Origin: a virus
Lineage: Duplodnaviria > Heunggongvirae > Uroviricota > Caudoviricetes
IMG/VR virus record: IMGVR_UViG_638275430_000001
Coordinates: 1 to 22,273 of that record
Reading direction: 5' to 3' (one strand)
DNA length: 22,273 nucleotides
The notes beneath the pieces were generated by a model. That model did no database searches. It was not told where the DNA came from and was given only the letters and a program-made list of their open reading frames with translations. Below are positions 16,587-22,273 of the stretch, one piece after another (the first letter of the stretch is position 1; every line of letters starts with the position of its first letter). Both the position numbers and the translations under genes were made by a program.

Positions 16587-17552
16587 TTATTTCCACTCCA
16601 TTTCCATACTGAGATCCGCGAGCAGATCAAACAGATGAATTTCCATGTTCGGAATACCGTTGGCGTATTTCTGATTCTCGGCGATAAGCTTGATCATCAC
16701 ACGCAGAGACGCCGGCTTTACTTCAAGGAACAGACGCTCATACAACTTGGTAATAAAGCTGTCATAATCGACTGTGAACTTTGGAACAAGCGAGCGAACA
16801 TCACCAAGCTTTTTAGACTTGAGCATGGCAACAACATCGTTCATATCTTCGGTTGCTTGTGTCGCTTTAGTCAAAACGCCTTCGTCAATCTTGCCGGATT
16901 TCGCATAGCTGTCCAGCATTGTGATAGTGCCACGCAGATCAGGGAAGTTTTGTTTCACAAGAGCCGCGATAGCTTTACGAGATTCTACTACAACACCTTC
17001 CATTTCGCAAATGGTTTCGCATCGAACGATCATTTCTTTCATCATTCGGAGCTTGTCGTCTTGAGTCGGGTTACCGAATTCAATCTGACGGAAGCGAGAT
17101 TTCAGAGGGCCTGGAATAGCTTCTACGTTGTTGCAAGTCATGATAACGGAACAGTTAGAGCTAAACGCTTCCATCCAAGAACGGAGTTCTTCATGAACAG
17201 CTTTCATGCCCTTGTTATCGCCTTCGTCGATGATGATAACTTTGCCGCCTGGCTTGCGAGTCATGGTAGACGCGAATGCGGTCAGATCGTTGCGCAGGTC
17301 ATCGATACGCAGTTTGCCACCGGAGATAAACATAACTTCGGCATCGATCTCATTACAGAGAACACGCGCCATGGTAGTTTTGCCAGTGCCAGGGCTTTTG
17401 GAGAATAGCAGGATGTGGGGAATTCTGCCAGTCGTGACGATACCTTTGAAACGCTCGATATCAGCAGACGGAAGAATACATTCAGAAATCAATGCAGGAC
17501 GATACTTTTGTTCCCACATAAACTCTTTTGGATCGGTGATAGTCACAGTCAT
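16587..17552 (-). CDS. 44: Clamp loader AAA+ subunit gp44, 321 aa
   Basis: WEQKYRP, Walker A SPGTGKT, Walker B IIIDE, SRF motif, FPDLR. Confidence 0.97.
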   Translation of the reverse strand: MTVTITDPKEFMWEQKYRPALISECILPSADIERFKGIVTTGRIPHILLFSKSPGTGKTTMARVLCNEIDAEVMFISGGKLRIDDLRNDLTAFASTMTRKPGGKVIIIDEGDNKGMKAVHEELRSWMEAFSSNCSVIMTCNNVEAIPGPLKSRFRQIEFGNPTQDDKLRMMKEMIVRCETICEMEGVVVESRKAIAALVKQNFPDLRGTITMLDSYAKSGKIDEGVLTKATQATEDMNDVVAMLKSKKLGDVRSLVPKFTVDYDSFITKLYERLFLEVKPASLRVMIKLIAENQKYANGIPNMEIHLFDLLADLSMEMEWK

Positions 17553-17619
17553 TTATATGTCTCTCAGTGCATGGGTAAAACAGTTTAGAATGAACAGTCA
17601 TTGTAAACTATTCTAAAGT

Positions 17620-17637
17620 GGGGAGGTTGCCCTCCCC
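17620..17637 (-). terminator. Probable terminator/attenuator between genes 45 and 44
   Basis: GGGGAGG-GCAA-CCTCCCC (7-bp stem, GNRA loop) followed by ACTTT. Confidence 0.65.
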
Positions 17638-17645
17638 GACAGTCA

Positions 17646-18323
17646 TTAAGCAGTGTACTTGGATTTGGAGTCGATTGCAATGATATAACTTGCAGTCGCA
17701 CCCTTGAAGCAAATAGCGCCTTCTTTTGCGATCATCACGGTATATTTGCCGTCGATCATCTTCATGTTACCAATCGCAACGATGAAATCAAAAGTAGCGT
17801 CGTCGCCTTCGAAGTCATCAGCAATGGCAATCTCAAAGCTGTTGGAGTTGCTTTCGCCACCAGTCAGACGGGCAACAATCTTTCGACCGTCATTGACAAA
17901 GTGCAGATCTACCAGGGACATAGTAGAGGCAGACTTGTCGATCTGTTTCATTTGATCGGCAGTGATTTCGAACACAACGGAAGCAGTCGGCATAGTGAGT
18001 GCTTTCTTCGGATGTGCGATTGTACCAGCTTCTGCCATTTTGATCTTTGCCATAGCTTTGCCACCGGCTGCATTCTTGATAGTGATATATTCACCATCTT
18101 CGGTAACATCAGCAGGCAGACCGACCATTGCAGCAACACCCAAGAATTCACCGAGACTGTAGATCCGCAGCTCACTATCTACGGTATCTTTGATGGTACT
18201 TTCAGCATACAGAACGTTGTTCACGCTCTTGGTATTAACGAAAGTGCCCGGTTTCAGTACCACAGACGGGTTGATTTTTGCGAAGTTAGACAGAATTTCT
18301 ACGGTTTCTTTGCTCAGTTGCAT
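17646..18323 (-). CDS. 45: Sliding clamp gp45, 225 aa
   Basis: N-terminus MQLSKETVEILSNFAKINPSVVLKPG matches T4 gp45; position upstream of 44; RBS GAGGA. Confidence 0.95.
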   Translation of the reverse strand: MQLSKETVEILSNFAKINPSVVLKPGTFVNTKSVNNVLYAESTIKDTVDSELRIYSLGEFLGVAAMVGLPADVTEDGEYITIKNAAGGKAMAKIKMAEAGTIAHPKKALTMPTASVVFEITADQMKQIDKSASTMSLVDLHFVNDGRKIVARLTGGESNSNSFEIAIADDFEGDDATFDFIVAIGNMKMIDGKYTVMIAKEGAICFKGATASYIIAIDSKSKYTA

Positions 18324-18359
18324 TTTATTTCCTCAGTTCAATTCAGTTAGATAGGTATA

Positions 18360-18656
18360 TTACGCTGCTTTCCATTCGGAGTAAACAAGAATGGCAGCAT
18401 CAGGGAAAAATTCTACAAACTCACGTTTGCAATTCAGATTCTCGGCACGGAACTTCTGACTCAGACGAATCGCGGTTTCGATCACATCGTCGTCAAATTC
18501 TTTGTACACATCAAAACGAACATCACGTTCCAGACACTGCAAACGGTCATATTCTTCCTGAGTCATCAGACAAACCCAGTTTTTACGAGCCAGATTCTGG
18601 TAGAAGTAGGCCGCGCTCAGAGTTTTCAGGGAATCACCAGGGATAAAATCAATCAT
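18360..18656 (-). CDS. rpbA: RpbA RNA polymerase-binding protein, ~98 aa
   Basis: QNLARKNWVCLM resembles T4 RpbA QNKIRRAWVLSL; position upstream of 45; GGAG RBS before the ATG at 18656. Confidence 0.65.
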   Translation of the reverse strand: MIDFIPGDSLKTLSAAYFYQNLARKNWVCLMTQEEYDRLQCLERDVRFDVYKEFDDDVIETAIRLSQKFRAENLNCKREFVEFFPDAAILVYSEWKAA

Positions 18657-18819
18657 TTCGTACTCCAATCAGGTATGTAATGTAACGTTTCATAGAATGA
18701 GACAAGTGTTTTTGTATCTTATCTCGATTGTCGTGCATTATACACGACTTGATCCAAAAGTAAAGTGCTAATAGACAAATAACCGGAAACATTATTGTCA
18801 GCATTATTCGGTCTATCAT
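18649..18819 (-). CDS. Small putative membrane protein, ~56 aa
   Basis: ATGA overlap with the 45.2 stop; 19-residue hydrophobic segment IMLTIMFPVICLLALYFWI. Confidence 0.5.
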   Translation of the reverse strand: MIDRIMLTIMFPVICLLALYFWIKSCIMHDNRDKIQKHLSHSMKRYITYLIGVRND

Positions 18820-18992
18820 AGCTTCCATGCTAGCCAATGAGGATCAAAGTTGTTGATAATCCTAGTTAAGTGTTCTTCACCAAATCTAGCTACCAACTGA
18901 CTATACGTGACTTTGATCTCGTGGTCAATCCCTTTGTTTGATAGTACCCAGAATTCTACCTCTGGGTACACTTCGTTTATGTTATCGAACAT
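18816..18992 (-). CDS. 45.2: gp45.2-like conserved hypothetical protein, 58 aa
   Basis: MFDNINEV...VTYSQLVARFGEE resembles my recollection of the 45.2 family; syntenic directly downstream of 46. Confidence 0.6.
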   Translation of the reverse strand: MFDNINEVYPEVEFWVLSNKGIDHEIKVTYSQLVARFGEEHLTRIINNFDPHWLAWKL

Positions 18993-21300
18993 TCTCCACC
19001 ATCGTAGTAAAGCGACCTTGCTTATGCATACGAATGTGGCGATTGAAACTGTCATCCATAGCGTCTTTACGATGCGAGATAACAATTATGTTGGACTTCA
19101 TACTATCCAGCATTTTGTTGATTCCAACGATACCCATTTCATCACAGGATCCGTCGAACACTTCGTCCATGCATAGCAGGTTAATATTAACACCACTAAT
19201 CATACTGCTAACGTCGCGCCATGTAAACAACAAACTGAGGTTGATCCGTGCTTTCTCACCTTCGGAGAAGGAAGCATAACAGAAATCTTCTCTACCACGA
19301 GATTTGATTGATTCATTGAATCCTTCATCAAGCGCAAACACATAATCGGCACCCAATGCTTTCAAATACTCGTTGATCTTCTTGTTAAAGACAGGGATAT
19401 ACCGCTTAACAATGTGCGCTTTCACGCCATTATCTTTCAGCATATCAGCAACAATCGAACGGTGATGAAGTTCAAGAACAATCTTCGCGATCTCTTCCTT
19501 CAACTCATTAGCTCTTTGAATTGCTGCATCAACTTGAGAACGATCATACTCGGTAGCTTTCAAGTCGTCAATCTGTTTTTTCAAGTTTCTAGCGTTGTCA
19601 GCGGTAGTCTCATAGGACTCGGTACCAGTAGCGATACTAGCTTTCAATGCTTCCACATTCGCTTTGTATTGTGCAACATCCAGGTTGTGTTTTGCAACAC
19701 GTTCCGACTTCAACCGCTCTACCTCGTCTTCCAACTGAGACAGACGATCTTCCAGTTCGGCTTTGTTGTCTTTGAAACTGTCAATAGCCCAACGCTTCTC
19801 GTCTTCGAGAGTTCGCATATTGCGATCATACTCGATTACCTGAGTGGCGTGATTCAATCGCATTTCCTCGATCTCTCGATCAATGCGACGGATCTCGGCT
19901 TCGTGGTGTTCGCTAATCATGCGGCACTGATATGCATAATCATTCGTCTGTTTCTCGTACTCGCGACGCTTGCGCTCGTTTTCGTCAACAGTTGCCCGAT
20001 ATGTCTTGAGATCAGTTTCGTATTGCTGTTCCTGTGCAGTCAGACCGGAAATAATCTGGTCCTGCTCAGATATTTTAACATCAAAACTAGCGATCTCGTT
20101 ATCGATTTCAGCAATGCGATCATGCGAGTGATTAGAGCAATCTGTGCCGCAAGTCGGACACTCACCACCCTTCTCAAAAAATTCGCGACGTCCAACGAGC
20201 TGGCGCTTATCCAGTTCGAATGCCATCTTTAGCTGATTGGCTAGTTTCAGTTCTTCGCGAACGTTCACCACAGTCGGTTCAGACGCTTCTACATATACCG
20301 GTTCATTGGGAATAACAACGGCAGCAGTTTTAGCGATCAGATCTTCCTGAGTTGGCTTAGACTCTTCCAACATCATTTCGTCGTGAACTAACGCGCAATC
20401 GTGTGGTTGATCCAAACGCAACATAGCGATCTTGGATTGAATCTCGTCCAACTCTTCCTTGTGAGAAGATTCAAGTTCATCAATCTGTGAATTCAGATTA
20501 TCGCGTTTGTCTTCCACTTCTTGCGAGTCATCTTGTTCAAGATACACAGGCTCAACGAGAGAATCAAGCTCATTTTGATTTTTCGCGGCACTTTCCTTAA
20601 ACGCTTTCGCCTGATCTACCAGCGCACGGAAGTTCGTGGTAAACATAGCGATCATGTTATCAGTTTGTTTCTGTTGTGCTGCAATTGAAGCTTCGGCAGT
20701 TTGCTGTTCGCTTTCCGCGGAAGTCAATTTCACACGCAACAGATCAAGCTCGCCCTTCTTCTCTTTGATGATACCCTTGTTGATCTTGTCCATGTCACCG
20801 ATAACGGAAACATCCAGCAGATCTTCAACGAGTTCGCGACGCTTACCAGCAGGCAGTTCCATGAACGGCTTATAGCCAGCAGTACCAAGTACGATGATTT
20901 GTTTGAAACTATCGTAACTGATACCAAGCAGCTCAGTTTCAAAATACGATTGGTATTCAGTGGCACTAGCAACTTCTTTCAGAGGCTCGCCGTTCTTGGT
21001 GATTTTCAGAATGTTCGGTTTGATACCGCGCTCGATGTGATAGCGATCTTTACCAACGCTCAATTCTCCCTCAACATGGAGACCCTTCTTGTTCTGAGAG
21101 TTCACCAGTTGCGCTTTTGTTACATCACGAAACGCTTTGCCATAAAGCAGGAAAGTAAGTGCTTCGATAAACGTAGACTTACCAGCACCGTTAGTGCCAG
21201 TGACAAGCGTTTTCTTGTGTTCGTCAAGAGTGACGCGAACCGCCTTCGCGCCAACTGACATAATATTCTGGTATTTTACCCAGTGAAATGAAATATCCAT
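18982..21300 (-). CDS. 46: gp46 Rad50/SbcC-like recombination ATPase, 772 aa
   Basis: Walker A GTNGAGKS, central Zn-hook CPTC, signature FSEGEKARI, Walker B/D-loop MDEVFDG, H-loop ISHR. Confidence 0.96.
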   Translation of the reverse strand: MDISFHWVKYQNIMSVGAKAVRVTLDEHKKTLVTGTNGAGKSTFIEALTFLLYGKAFRDVTKAQLVNSQNKKGLHVEGELSVGKDRYHIERGIKPNILKITKNGEPLKEVASATEYQSYFETELLGISYDSFKQIIVLGTAGYKPFMELPAGKRRELVEDLLDVSVIGDMDKINKGIIKEKKGELDLLRVKLTSAESEQQTAEASIAAQQKQTDNMIAMFTTNFRALVDQAKAFKESAAKNQNELDSLVEPVYLEQDDSQEVEDKRDNLNSQIDELESSHKEELDEIQSKIAMLRLDQPHDCALVHDEMMLEESKPTQEDLIAKTAAVVIPNEPVYVEASEPTVVNVREELKLANQLKMAFELDKRQLVGRREFFEKGGECPTCGTDCSNHSHDRIAEIDNEIASFDVKISEQDQIISGLTAQEQQYETDLKTYRATVDENERKRREYEKQTNDYAYQCRMISEHHEAEIRRIDREIEEMRLNHATQVIEYDRNMRTLEDEKRWAIDSFKDNKAELEDRLSQLEDEVERLKSERVAKHNLDVAQYKANVEALKASIATGTESYETTADNARNLKKQIDDLKATEYDRSQVDAAIQRANELKEEIAKIVLELHHRSIVADMLKDNGVKAHIVKRYIPVFNKKINEYLKALGADYVFALDEGFNESIKSRGREDFCYASFSEGEKARINLSLLFTWRDVSSMISGVNINLLCMDEVFDGSCDEMGIVGINKMLDSMKSNIIVISHRKDAMDDSFNRHIRMHKQGRFTTMVENVR

Positions 21301-22273
21301 TATGCTCCCTTACCGGAGTTTGCAACTGCATATAGATCCTGAACATACGCACCAACTGACTTTTTATCGTCATCGTCCAGTGCCAGCCCAGTAACGTAGT
21401 CTTTCATTTGCTCAATGACTTTTTTCGTATCGGTGATATCCTCAACATCGGAAGAGAAATTATACACCTGCTTCTGACGGAACTCATAGCACACATTTTC
21501 GAATTGTGCCATAACTGCATCGAGCTTGTCATCGAACTCATAGATTATCAATTCTACGATCTTGCCCTTGCACTTGTCAATGACTTTGGGATCAAAATCT
21601 TTCTTGTAGTCGATTCGCAGATGCCAGATATCTGGGTTAGCGATGAATTCCAGCTCTTTTGTATCAGTATCGAACACCCAAAAGCCACGAATCTCGTTGC
21701 AATCGCCCATAGTCAGGGTATACGGTGTGCCGGTATACAACACATTGCCTTTACGGCTAGATGTGTGATAGTGGCCACTGATAACTTGCTTGTAGTTGCT
21801 CAGGAAGTCAATCGCCTCACCGGTAGACGGGATGCCCTTGTAGAACTCAAATCCGTCAAGTTCCCAGTGTCCAACGCAGTATTCGGAATCAGTAGATTCG
21901 GCGTATTTCTCGATTGCTTCTTTGTTTTCCGCGCACTTCCACGGATACAGATCCCATAGAGTATCACCAAACGCAACGGTAGTCGGCTTGTCTATGATAT
22001 GAATTCCAGGTACATCATGGAACATTTCGGTAATCGAGTTCGGCATGATCTTGTCTTTGACATGCATATCGTGGTTGCCAATCAACTTGTAGCGATCAAC
22101 GAATGCATCCTCATACATTGGATTCAAGCACTCGCGCTGAAATTTCATCGTCTCTTGAGACAACCCAGCACGGACGTCAAACCAGTCACCAGTCTGAATG
22201 TATGCAGTTATACCATGCTTCTTAGCGTAGTCGCACAAAAACTTGGAACCCAGATAGATAGCGTTTTGCATGT
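21300..22273 (-). CDS. 47: gp47 Mre11/SbcD-like nuclease, 5' end truncated by the window edge
   Basis: Phosphoesterase motifs GDWFD, GNHD, GHWE and SGHYH are present. Motif I (GDxH) is missing, so the true start lies beyond 22273. TAATG overlap with gene 46. Confidence 0.95.
   Translation of the reverse strand, partial: MQNAIYLGSKFLCDYAKKHGITAYIQTGDWFDVRAGLSQETMKFQRECLNPMYEDAFVDRYKLIGNHDMHVKDKIMPNSITEMFHDVPGIHIIDKPTTVAFGDTLWDLYPWKCAENKEAIEKYAESTDSEYCVGHWELDGFEFYKGIPSTGEAIDFLSNYKQVISGHYHTSSRKGNVLYTGTPYTLTMGDCNEIRGFWVFDTDTKELEFIANPDIWHLRIDYKKDFDPKVIDKCKGKIVELIIYEFDDKLDAVMAQFENVCYEFRQKQVYNFSSDVEDITDTKKVIEQMKDYVTGLALDDDDKKSVGAYVQDLYAVANSGKGA

Noticed and set aside
17588-17608. GTTTACA..TAAACT as a gene 44 promoter
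   Set aside because: The spacer is only 14 bp.
334-21959. Other plus-strand ORFs (e.g. 334-1050, 15582-16115, 16635-17408, 19414-20232, 20701-21258, 21408-21959)
   Set aside because: All lie opposite well-supported minus-strand genes and look like shadow ORFs with no recognisable domains.
1-22273. tRNAs, CRISPR arrays, group I introns, homing endonucleases
   Set aside because: Intergenic gaps are short (about 130 nt or less), no repeat-spacer arrays were seen, and no GIY-YIG, HNH or LAGLIDADG motifs appear in the ORFs.

Overview
This window is the DNA replication/recombination module of a T4-superfamily myovirus, and every supportable gene is on the minus strand. From right to left in transcription order: 47 (5'-truncated), 46, 45.2, small membrane ORF, rpbA, 45, 44, 62, regA, 43, uvsX, unknown 241 aa, 40, 41, unknown 155 aa, 61, dUTPase, dexA, two small ORFs, MazG-like protein, fused 39+60 topoisomerase, CYTH protein, two unknowns, rIIA. 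Genes 42, beta-gt, imm and 56 are absent, a dUTPase sits at the gene-56 position, and gene 39+60 is uninterrupted. That pattern points to a non-hmC 'pseudo-T-even' phage (RB43/RB49/KP15-like; lineage is inferred, not searched). Points worth a second look: (i) five sigma70/T4-early-type promoters each overlap an inverted repeat, one sharing bases with a stop codon and a terminator; (ii) unlisted short basic ORFs with good RBSs lie just upstream of gene 43 (which starts at TTG), uvsX and rIIA; (iii) gp46 has a symmetrically lengthened coiled coil (772 aa); (iv) CYTH and MazG-like nucleotide enzymes flank the topoisomerase gene. I saw no tRNA, CRISPR array, intron, intein or homing endonuclease.
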